Positions 47,242-56,169 of a stretch of DNA of 64,000 nucleotides are shown here, piece by piece. How positions within the stretch are numbered: the stretch's first letter is position 1; each line of letters begins with the position of its first letter. Source of the stretch: Kiritimatiellia bacterium (lineage in GTDB: Bacteria; Verrucomicrobiota; Kiritimatiellia; JAAZAB01); assembly GCA_040767085.1 (NCBI GenBank), contig JAXGPF010000012.1, positions 136,646-200,645 of the forward strand. The letters run 5' to 3'. Position numbers and translations under genes: made by a program. The notes under the pieces are model-generated. The model saw only the letters and a list, made by a program, of their open reading frames with translations, did not search any database and was not told where the DNA came from.

Positions 47242-50200
47242 ATGAAATGCGCATTGTTGGCAGGATGTTTGTTGGGCGCTGCGCTGTCGAACGTTCCGGC
47301 AAGCTCATGCCTGGACGGTTCATACGCGGAATATTGGGGACGGGCGGACGCGCTCCTGCCGGGGATGACCCGCCTTGCTGAAGATTTGGCGGTGGCAGGC
47401 GAATGGGAAATTGTCGGCGGCCGGCGGGTGGAGGCCCCCGGCGCGGCCGGCATTGCCGCAACCGCGGATGGCGGGACGCTTGCGTTTATCTGGAAGGGCG
47501 GCTTGGCGCGTGAATATCCGCTGCTGACTATCGGGCTCAACCTGGCGGCGGAACTGCCGGCGCCGGCGCAGGTTCTGTTTTACCTGTATGCTGATGGCGA
47601 ATTTAAAACGGAAAAAGGCGCCAAGCGGGTTCAAATCAATGCGGGGAACCCGACAAACTTGACTTTCCATATTCCGCCATCGCGCGGGGCCCGCCGTTAT
47701 GGCGCCGCCGGCGCGGGTTTGGTTGACGGTTTTAAAATTGAGTTCACCGGCAGTAACCTGGCCGGCCAGACCGTTGCATTGCATGGTCCGCGTTTGACGG
47801 CTGAGTATTTTGAAGGCTTTTTCCGCCGGAACATCTTCATTCCGGAAGGAGCTGTCTGGGAGGCTGTGGCGGAAGTAGGAAGTTACAGCGAGTTTTATGT
47901 TAATGGGAAATTGGTGGAGGATGAAAGCATTGTGCTGCCCCGGCCGGTAAATACCGGACCCGAAATGTATGGATCGCGCCGGATTTCATTGAAAAATCAC
48001 ATCCAAACCGGGAAAAACACGCTCGGATTGCATGTCAAACGGTTTGGCAGCGCGCCGGCGGCGTATCTTTGCGGATCGGTGATAATGGCGGACGGCCAAC
48101 GCATTCCGCTGGACAGCGGGACAAATTGGATATGGAATCGGGTCGCGCCAGATAATTGGCCTGCGCCGGGTTACAACGATGCCGGATGGATGCAAGTCAA
48201 AAATCAGTCCGAGATGCCGCGCGAACATGGATTGGGTTCATATTATAAAGGCGATGCAGCCGTCGCATGCCCAATGGCGAATATCGGTCTTTCCTACCGT
48301 CCGCGGGGCAATCTGCCTTGCTATGACGGATTAATCCGGCTGTGCAATCCAGCGGACAATAAATTGTTCTTCAATGAAGATAAAGATTTTCTGCTGGAAA
48401 TCTGGATTCCGCCCGGATTCAAGGACAAGCAGCCGGAACTGGCCTGGGAAATCCAGCGGTATCATCCGGATGGAACATTTGAGGAAGCGGCGCAAGGCAA
48501 GGTGGTAAAATTCGATTTAGCGGAATCCCAAACCGAAGGGGTGTCCGAAGCACCGGTTAAATCTTTGGTTGGGAAAATAAATTCCGTGCGTCTGCCGCGC
48601 GGGATTTACGTGCTCACCAGCCGGTTGCGGGTCAATGGTGAAGTAATCGAGGAACGCGATCCGGAGGCGCTGGTGGTGACCGGGCGGGTGCGGATGGAAA
48701 AAGTCGCCGGGGACACCCTGGAGCAGGGGCTGGACCTGGCGCTGGAGCAGACGATTGACTTTACCGACCCGGCCGATCCGCATCCGTGGTTTGAGACAGA
48801 TCACAAGGGTCCGATACCGGCGGGGCGCTGGGGCAGCAATTACTATCACACGGTTGAGCCGGCGCTGATCGTCGAGCGCAACGGCTTGAAATACCGGACG
48901 ACCCGGCCGGTGGATTGGGCGCAGTTTTCCTACCAGGTGGAATTCGGGCATCCGGGCGACTGGTACCTGCTGGCGCTGGAGTACCCGGACGATGCCGAAC
49001 GCTGGATCGGCGTGTCGTGCAATGCCGGCCGGACCCCGGAACACCTGCGCCGCGCCAAGCCGGAAGAGCAGTACAGCGCGAGTTCGAAGTGCGGGCCGGC
49101 GATCTGGACGGGGGGCAAGTATCCCAACACCGGCCGAATGCTGGAGATGCAGTGGCTTTACCGGCCGGACCCGGGCGGGCATGCGATTAATGTGATGTCG
49201 CTGATGAAAGACACCGCGGCGGCGGCGGCAAAGCTTAAAATCTACCACGTAAAAGGGCGGTTGCCGGAATTGGATGCCGGCGCCATAACGCCCGCCGGGC
49301 AGCGCCGGTTCGGCATGGTGACCGAGCGCACCTATCCCTGGGCGAGCGGCATATACAACCTGTTCAGTTCGTTCGACAGCAGGCAGGTCGCCTTGCGCGG
49401 CGATAAAGGCGCTGGGCAATACACCAACAATGCCATTGTTGACTGGTGCGAGCATCTGCGGCTGCTGGAGGACGCCGCCAGCCATTACGCCGAATACATG
49501 CGGTTTGCCGGGCAGAACCTGCACGCCATGGGGTGTTTCCAGTACGGCGATGACAATACGGCGTCGCAATATATCACCGGCGATCTGCGGATTCATGACA
49601 GTTCGAAAAACATGCTCGCCCGGGTGCTGGCGGCCAACGATCTCATGTTCTATGCCTCGGTGGAATTCATCTGCACCGAACGGCTGGGGCGGCGTGAACT
49701 CGATCCGGAATGGTATTTTGCCGACCGCGCCGGCAACCGCGCCATCAGGTTGTGGGCCAATAAACCGCTGAACCTCAATTTCCTGCACCCGGCCGTGGAG
49801 TCGGAAATGCTGGAACTGGCGCGGCAGCTGGCGGAATGTTTCCAGCATCAGCCGAATTTTCTGGGCATCAACTGGACCGCTTATTTTTCCGGATTCTGGA
49901 TTCCCAGCTACCGGAATTATAGCCACCCGTATAATGACGAGGTGGACCCGCTGGAAACCGGATATGACGACTTTACCGTGGGTTTATTCGAAAAAGACAC
50001 CGGCATCAAAATTCCGGTTGCCGGCGCGAACCGTGCACCTTCCATCTACGAACAACGCTACCAGTTCCTGACTTCCGCGCAAATGAAGCCGGTATGGCTG
50101 AATTGGCGCGCCCGGAAGATGGCCGAATTTTTCGCCAAGGTAAACCGGACCATCGGCAAAGTCCGGCCGGGCCTGGAAACCGTGGCCGGCTGTTATTTGA

Positions 50201-51867
50201 ATTTTGAGCATGTCTGCGAATGGCACAAGCGTCAAATCACTGTGGCGGATTATCTGGATTTGTTCGGATGGAATCCGGCGTCTTTCCAGGAGCATGAGCG
50301 GGTATGGCTGATGCCGTGGCTGCCTCTGGCCGGGCGGTATCAACCTGCGAGCCGCGCGGAAAACTACGCCATGTCGTGGCAGTGGAACAAGGATCCGGGA
50401 TTTTACAGTGTCTTTGCCGGTCAGGCGCGCCGCGCCATCATGTTTCATGCCGGTTGGATCGAGGTCGAGCGGGTGGCGGCGAATTATCCTTGCCGGGCGG
50501 GCTGGCCGCGGCCATACCAGCAGACGATGATGGCGCAGCAGCGGGAGGAGATGGCGCTGGAGCCCTACACCCAGGCCATGATCGGGATGGACCCGCAAAT
50601 GGTGATGATGGGCTTCACGGATCAAACGCCTTATATCGGCGTGGAGGAAATCCAACGTAAATTCACACGGGTGCTCCGGCGTCTGCCATGGGGCCGGTTT
50701 GAGCCGGTATTGAGCACGGGGTTTGACTCCAATTTCGCCATCCGCGCGCTGCGCGCGGGCGATGATTACCTTTTCTATATCGCCAATCCGGGATACTGGC
50801 CGGTCGCCGGGGCGGTGACGCTGGCCAATGCGGGGGAAGTATTTGACCTGGTGTCGGGCAAATCCGTGCCGGTGCTGGACGGCGTCATCCGGGTGGCGCT
50901 GGAGCCGTTTGGCATTGCCGCCTTCCGCGCCTGTAACACTGGAGCCGGGACACCCTCGTCCCGGTCCCCGATTACAATCGCCGCCTGGCAGACCGATCCG
51001 GTTCCGGCATCCGAACTGGCGCATATGCAGAGGATTTTATCCCGGGCGCAGGCTGAGGCCGGGAAGCCGGGCGGCGTGGCGGGTTTCCTGGGCGCCGAAG
51101 ATTACCTGGTATTTTCAAATGCCATGCAAATGGCGGAAGCGGCTTTGGCGGAAAAGCGCTATGCGGCGGCGTGGGCGGCGCTTTCGGATGCCCGGTTCTG
51201 GAGCATCTTGTTTGAACAAATGCCGCGGATGCCGGACAATCTCACCGATGCGCTTGCGTTGAATGTGCGGCATGTGGGCGGCGGTTATATTCCCAAGGTG
51301 GACGGCATTTTTAATGATCGTATCTGGAAATCGAATTTAATAGATTATACCGGCCCGTTTGTCGGCCAGGATGGCCGGTATCCGGCGGCCCGCACCATTG
51401 CCCGCGCCGGCAAACCGGGGCATGTGTTGTGTTTTGCCGTAGCTTGCCACGATCCGACGCCGGAGCGGATAAAGGCCGGCGCGTCGGAGCCAGACGGCCG
51501 TGCCTTATGGCGGTCGGGCGATGACATGCTGGTCATCACAATCATGCCCGACGATAAACAGGTCTATCAGTTTGCGGTCAATGCCGCCGGAACCAAGTCT
51601 GCCCGGCAGATCGGCGGGCCGGCCAACAAGGCCTTCAACCCGGCCTGGGAAGCGGCGGTCGTAAAATGCGACTGGGGCTGGCAGGCGGAAATCGTCATTG
51701 AGCCGCGGAAATCCTTCGGCGGTTTGATGCAGGTTGGCGGCCAGTGGCGGATCAATTTACACCGGTTGTTCCGGCCGGATATGGCGGTGCCGGCGTCTTG
51801 GACATATACGGCGGATTGGCAATTGGGCGATCGAATGGGGCTGATCAATTTCAAACCATATCGCTGA
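47242..51867 (+). CDS. Tandem paralog B of 42544-47184, 1541 aa
   Basis: Collinear along its length, near-identical in the centre; CBM9-like PKVDGIFNDRIW, YQFAVNAAG, WRINLHR. RBS aggag. Confidence 0.7.
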   Translation: MKCALLAGCLLGAALSNVPASSCLDGSYAEYWGRADALLPGMTRLAEDLAVAGEWEIVGGRRVEAPGAAGIAATADGGTLAFIWKGGLAREYPLLTIGLNLAAELPAPAQVLFYLYADGEFKTEKGAKRVQINAGNPTNLTFHIPPSRGARRYGAAGAGLVDGFKIEFTGSNLAGQTVALHGPRLTAEYFEGFFRRNIFIPEGAVWEAVAEVGSYSEFYVNGKLVEDESIVLPRPVNTGPEMYGSRRISLKNHIQTGKNTLGLHVKRFGSAPAAYLCGSVIMADGQRIPLDSGTNWIWNRVAPDNWPAPGYNDAGWMQVKNQSEMPREHGLGSYYKGDAAVACPMANIGLSYRPRGNLPCYDGLIRLCNPADNKLFFNEDKDFLLEIWIPPGFKDKQPELAWEIQRYHPDGTFEEAAQGKVVKFDLAESQTEGVSEAPVKSLVGKINSVRLPRGIYVLTSRLRVNGEVIEERDPEALVVTGRVRMEKVAGDTLEQGLDLALEQTIDFTDPADPHPWFETDHKGPIPAGRWGSNYYHTVEPALIVERNGLKYRTTRPVDWAQFSYQVEFGHPGDWYLLALEYPDDAERWIGVSCNAGRTPEHLRRAKPEEQYSASSKCGPAIWTGGKYPNTGRMLEMQWLYRPDPGGHAINVMSLMKDTAAAAAKLKIYHVKGRLPELDAGAITPAGQRRFGMVTERTYPWASGIYNLFSSFDSRQVALRGDKGAGQYTNNAIVDWCEHLRLLEDAASHYAEYMRFAGQNLHAMGCFQYGDDNTASQYITGDLRIHDSSKNMLARVLAANDLMFYASVEFICTERLGRRELDPEWYFADRAGNRAIRLWANKPLNLNFLHPAVESEMLELARQLAECFQHQPNFLGINWTAYFSGFWIPSYRNYSHPYNDEVDPLETGYDDFTVGLFEKDTGIKIPVAGANRAPSIYEQRYQFLTSAQMKPVWLNWRARKMAEFFAKVNRTIGKVRPGLETVAGCYLNFEHVCEWHKRQITVADYLDLFGWNPASFQEHERVWLMPWLPLAGRYQPASRAENYAMSWQWNKDPGFYSVFAGQARRAIMFHAGWIEVERVAANYPCRAGWPRPYQQTMMAQQREEMALEPYTQAMIGMDPQMVMMGFTDQTPYIGVEEIQRKFTRVLRRLPWGRFEPVLSTGFDSNFAIRALRAGDDYLFYIANPGYWPVAGAVTLANAGEVFDLVSGKSVPVLDGVIRVALEPFGIAAFRACNTGAGTPSSRSPITIAAWQTDPVPASELAHMQRILSRAQAEAGKPGGVAGFLGAEDYLVFSNAMQMAEAALAEKRYAAAWAALSDARFWSILFEQMPRMPDNLTDALALNVRHVGGGYIPKVDGIFNDRIWKSNLIDYTGPFVGQDGRYPAARTIARAGKPGHVLCFAVACHDPTPERIKAGASEPDGRALWRSGDDMLVITIMPDDKQVYQFAVNAAGTKSARQIGGPANKAFNPAWEAAVVKCDWGWQAEIVIEPRKSFGGLMQVGGQWRINLHRLFRPDMAVPASWTYTADWQLGDRMGLINFKPYR

Positions 51868-51878
51868 GGACGATTTGC

Positions 51879-54713
51879 ATGGATAATCAATCGCATGCAG
51901 CCGATGGATGGTGTCTGAACCTGTCGGGGCCATGGTCATTCGCCCTCGATCCGGACGACATCGGGTTGCGGGAAAAGTGGTTCGCCCTGGCCGCCCCGTT
52001 CGATACCCCGGTCAAAGTCCCCGGCGCCTGGCAGGCGCAGGGCATTGGCGATCACCGGCACCGGCCGGCGCCCAGCCAGAGCGTCATGCCGCCGGTGGAA
52101 ATGGAAAAGGTTTCTTACCGCGGCACGGGTTGGTATCGCCGGTCCTTTCATATTCCACAAACCTGGCAAAACAAGCAGGTTTGGCTGAATATGGGCGGCA
52201 CGCATCCGGTATGCGAGATATGGCTTGACGGCCGGCCGGTATGCAAACATATCGGCAGCCAATTGCAATATCGGCTGAATATCACCGGCTTTGTCCAGCC
52301 CGGCATGGAACACGCGCTGACCTGCCGCATTTCAGAATTTCCCAACGAACCGCGCGGACGTAATTACCGCAATCCCCTGAGCGGAACTTTCCTGGACTGG
52401 TGCAACACCTGGAGCGGCATTTACCGGGAAGTGTTTTTGGAGGCTAAAGACGCGGTCCGGATTGACAATATCTCCGTCTTTCCGGACATTAAAAACCGGG
52501 CCGCCAGCATCCGGATCGCGCTGGGCAGCGCCAGTCCAGCCGCATATTGCGGGGTGCGCTTGAGCGCCGTGATTACGGGGCCGGACGGCGGGGAAGCCGG
52601 CCGGGTCGAGAGCGCGGTGGACGTCATCCAGGAGCAAACCGTTGTGGAATTGCGCGCGCCCATGGGCGAGGTGCGGTTATGGTCGCCCGACACCCCCGTC
52701 TTGTATGGCATTGCCGTCACCCTGTCCGGCGCGGGCATGCATGACGAGTGCCGGGACCGGTTCGGGATGCGTGAATTTGCCGTCGATGGAGACAGGATTC
52801 TGCTGAACGGCCGGCCGGTCTGGCTGCGGGGATTCGGCGATCATGTAATGTTTCCCCTGACTTTGGATCCGGGCGTGGAGCGGCCGCAGATCGAGAAAGA
52901 ACTCAAACGCGCCCGGGAATACGGTTTTAATCTCGTGCTGCATTACGTCATGCCGTTCAAGGAATACCTGGATGTGGCCGACGAGGTGGGATTGCTGGTG
53001 CAGGAATGCCCGATCCTGACCTCGGCGCGCGGGGGCGACCGCGAAGTTTACATGCAGCCGGCATACCTTGAACAATGCATCCGTCAAAACATCAATCATC
53101 CCTCGATCATGGCTTACGCTTTCACCGCCGAGGTGTATTTCCATAACCGGGAGTCGCGGTTTATCCGGGATTTGGATTGCCTGGTCAAGGCCGCCCGGCA
53201 GCTGGATCCGACGCGGCTGATCAACGCCTGCGCCGGCGTGGACCGGGCATGCGCGGAACGGGACGACACCGACATCCTGGAAATGGCGGGCGGCAACAGC
53301 TGTAATCCGGCCGAACTGGATGTCTGCCGCAAGCCGGTGCTGTTGCATGAATACCGCTGGTGGTCTTCCTACCCGAACCCGGAATTAAAGTCCAAATACG
53401 AGCAGTCGGCCATGCGTCCGTGGTTTATCGAGCTGGCCGAGCAGGTGGCGCGCGACAAGGGCTTTTACGATCTTTTGCCGGTGTTTGTGAAAAACTCTGA
53501 AAAGCTGCAGGCGCTGGAGCGGAAAATCGGGCTGGAAAAAGCCCGCCGGGCCCGGGGCGTGTGCGGCTACGAGTTGTTCCTGGGCAAGGACACCGGCTGG
53601 GCAATTGAAGGTCTATGGGACGATTTCGGCGATCCGAAAAACGTTTCCGCGGCGGAGTTCCTGCGGACCAACGGCGAAACCGTCCTGCTGATTGACAAGG
53701 ATTACTATTACCGCAACTATTGGGCCGGCGAAAAAATCGCGGTGGATTTATGGCTGTCACATTTTGGCCATGCGCCGCTGTCCCAGGCCCGGATCAACTG
53801 GAGCCTGACCGCCGATGGGGGGAAAGTACTCGATTCCGGCCGGCTCGATCTTCCGGAGTTCCCCTGTTATGCAACTGAAAAAATCGCCTTGCTGAAAATT
53901 TACCCGGCCGGGGTAAGCCGCTCGACCCGCGCGGTTTTGCGGGTCGAACTGCAGGCGGGCAAACTGCGGATTGACAACGAATGGAATTTCTGGATATTCG
54001 CCCGCGACCTGGTTCCCCGGCCGGCGGGGCGGGTTGCCAACATCGGGATTCATTCCTATTATTATGATCTGGATTTCTTTGTGAAAAAGTCGCCGGCGGA
54101 TTCATTGGAAGGCTTCGATTGCGTGGTGACCAACACCCTGAACCGGAATTTGATAGAATATCTGCGGTCCGGCGGGAAGGCGTTGCTGATCGCACAGGGC
54201 GTATTTCCGGCAATCTTCTGCGAATTCAAGTCCAACCTTTATAACGGATCGCCGTCAGGCAATTCCGGGACGGTCATCGCCGACCACCCCGCGTTGCAGG
54301 GCTTTCCTCATGACGGCTGGTGCGACCTGCAATTCTACGGCTTGATCGAAGACGCGCCCGTGATCAACCTGGACCAGTGGCCGGTAAAAGTCGAGCCGAT
54401 CATCCGCTCGATCAATAATTACCAATTGGGCATTAACCGCGCTTATCTGGCGGAAGTTAAAGTCGGCCGGGGCGCTTTGATGACCACCACGTTCAATTTC
54501 AAGCCGCTGCGCGGCATTGGCCGGTATTATTGCGAGGTCGAAAACACGTGCCTGTTGGACCGGCTGCTGCGTTATGCCATGTCGCCGGCATTCACGCCCG
54601 CGGCGGAAGCGCCGGTATCGTTTTTCGAAAAACTTGCGGGGTGCGCAACCGGCGTGGCGGACGCGGGCGCCGCCAGTCAGAATCCCGCTTACCTGGTTAA
54701 TTCCGGAGTTTAA
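51879..54713 (+). CDS. GH2 family glycoside hydrolase, 944 aa
   Basis: LNLSGPWSF, VPGAW, GTGWYRRSF, SGIYREV, LWSPDTPVLY, FGMREF, LNGRPVWLRG, ADEVGLLV, NHPSI; the usual NE acid/base site reads AE. Confidence 0.9.
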   Translation: MDNQSHAADGWCLNLSGPWSFALDPDDIGLREKWFALAAPFDTPVKVPGAWQAQGIGDHRHRPAPSQSVMPPVEMEKVSYRGTGWYRRSFHIPQTWQNKQVWLNMGGTHPVCEIWLDGRPVCKHIGSQLQYRLNITGFVQPGMEHALTCRISEFPNEPRGRNYRNPLSGTFLDWCNTWSGIYREVFLEAKDAVRIDNISVFPDIKNRAASIRIALGSASPAAYCGVRLSAVITGPDGGEAGRVESAVDVIQEQTVVELRAPMGEVRLWSPDTPVLYGIAVTLSGAGMHDECRDRFGMREFAVDGDRILLNGRPVWLRGFGDHVMFPLTLDPGVERPQIEKELKRAREYGFNLVLHYVMPFKEYLDVADEVGLLVQECPILTSARGGDREVYMQPAYLEQCIRQNINHPSIMAYAFTAEVYFHNRESRFIRDLDCLVKAARQLDPTRLINACAGVDRACAERDDTDILEMAGGNSCNPAELDVCRKPVLLHEYRWWSSYPNPELKSKYEQSAMRPWFIELAEQVARDKGFYDLLPVFVKNSEKLQALERKIGLEKARRARGVCGYELFLGKDTGWAIEGLWDDFGDPKNVSAAEFLRTNGETVLLIDKDYYYRNYWAGEKIAVDLWLSHFGHAPLSQARINWSLTADGGKVLDSGRLDLPEFPCYATEKIALLKIYPAGVSRSTRAVLRVELQAGKLRIDNEWNFWIFARDLVPRPAGRVANIGIHSYYYDLDFFVKKSPADSLEGFDCVVTNTLNRNLIEYLRSGGKALLIAQGVFPAIFCEFKSNLYNGSPSGNSGTVIADHPALQGFPHDGWCDLQFYGLIEDAPVINLDQWPVKVEPIIRSINNYQLGINRAYLAEVKVGRGALMTTTFNFKPLRGIGRYYCEVENTCLLDRLLRYAMSPAFTPAAEAPVSFFEKLAGCATGVADAGAASQNPAYLVNSGV

Positions 54714-54746
54714 CGTTCGATCGAAACACATAACCGGAGGTGGCAA

Positions 54747-56168
54747 GTGAAACCAAGCAAGATTGCCGTATCAGTCTGCTGCGCATTGTGTTTTATAGCC
54801 GTCTGCCGGAGCGCGACCTGGCACGTGGCAACCAATGGGACGGATGGCGCAACTCCGCCGTGGGGTGAAAGCTGGGATTACCCGTTGTCCACGCTCAGCA
54901 ATGCCGTGGCGCGCGCCGCCAGTGTCGCCGGCAGCCTGATCCTGGTTTCCAACGGCCATTATGCGTTATCCGCCGAAATTATCCTTACCAACGGGCTGAT
55001 CTGCCGCGGATTCAGCGGAAAGCCAGCCGACGTGGTGCTGGATTGCCGGGGCCTCTGCCGCGCATTCTTCATGAATTCATCCGCGGTGGAATCGGTGAGT
55101 GTCACCAACGGCAATCCGTCCAACCGCTACGGCGATGGCGGCGGGATTTACGGCGGCGCAAACAGCGTGATTTCCAATTGCATTTTGACCTTGAATAACG
55201 GACGTTATGGCGGCGGAATCCGGATCGAGGCGGGCGGCGTGGTGGCGGATTGCATTCTGGCCTCCAATAACGCAACGCACCGCGGCGGCGGCGCATACAT
55301 TACAGATGCGCAATTTCTCCGCAACGGGGTGATTGGCAATTCGGTGTCGAATGACGGCATGGGCGGCGGTATCTGCCTTGCCGGGAATGCCCGGGTGGAC
55401 GGGTGCGAAATCCGGAATAATATTGTCACCAACGGCAATGGCGGCGGGATTCATGACAGCAGTGCGGGATTGGTGGATTCCTGCCTGATTGCCGGGAATG
55501 TGGTGACCGGAAACGTTGAAAACAAAAGCGGCGGTGGAATTTTCGTGTCATCCAGTTCGGTGTATTCCAATTGCACGGTAGCCGGCAATCGGCTGGATTT
55601 GAATACAGGCGCTTCCTACGGCGGCGGCGGCATCTGCGTCCACACTTACGGAACACCGCAATTTTATAATTGCCTGCTTTGCAGCAATGCCGGGAATCAC
55701 GGCGCCGGCATGTTTTTTAGTTTGAATACCAGATCGGTATTGGTGAATTGCACAATCGCGGGCAATACGGCCTTGAATAATGCCGGGGGGGTGTATATCA
55801 GGAACGGCAGCAACGTTTTCGTCAATACCATTCTTTTTGACAATGCCGCCCTGGTCGGCATTAATTCAAATTATCATGTCGCCGCCAGCGCCACGCCGGT
55901 GTTTTCCAATTGCTGCCTGGCGCCGGCGCCGGGCGTTGGTTTTGACGGCGGCGGCAATACCAACGCTTCTCCGCTGTTTGTCGATCTGGATTCCGGCAAA
56001 TTCCAACTGCAGCCGGGTTCGCCCTGCGTCAATGCCGGACTATACCAGGCATGGATGGCCGGCGCGCGCGACCTGGACGGGCGGCATCGGCTGGACCGGT
56101 TTTCGCGGATTGTGGATATCGGGTGTTATGAATACGTTCCCATGGGAGCCATTTACCTCTTAAAATGA
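54747..56168 (+). CDS. Secreted beta-helix / choice-of-anchor-Q-like protein (copy 4), 473 aa
   Basis: GTG start with RBS ggagg; WHVATNGTDG; GGG repeats; SPCVNAG...DLDGRHR...VDIGCYE. Confidence 0.85.
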   Translation: MKPSKIAVSVCCALCFIAVCRSATWHVATNGTDGATPPWGESWDYPLSTLSNAVARAASVAGSLILVSNGHYALSAEIILTNGLICRGFSGKPADVVLDCRGLCRAFFMNSSAVESVSVTNGNPSNRYGDGGGIYGGANSVISNCILTLNNGRYGGGIRIEAGGVVADCILASNNATHRGGGAYITDAQFLRNGVIGNSVSNDGMGGGICLAGNARVDGCEIRNNIVTNGNGGGIHDSSAGLVDSCLIAGNVVTGNVENKSGGGIFVSSSSVYSNCTVAGNRLDLNTGASYGGGGICVHTYGTPQFYNCLLCSNAGNHGAGMFFSLNTRSVLVNCTIAGNTALNNAGGVYIRNGSNVFVNTILFDNAALVGINSNYHVAASATPVFSNCCLAPAPGVGFDGGGNTNASPLFVDLDSGKFQLQPGSPCVNAGLYQAWMAGARDLDGRHRLDRFSRIVDIGCYEYVPMGAIYLLK

Positions 56169-56169
56169 T

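Noticed and set aside
43573-49027. Diversity-generating retroelement template/variable repeat pair
   Set aside because: Both copies are long in-frame parts of full paralogs, the differences are not adenine-specific, and there is no reverse transcriptase in the window.
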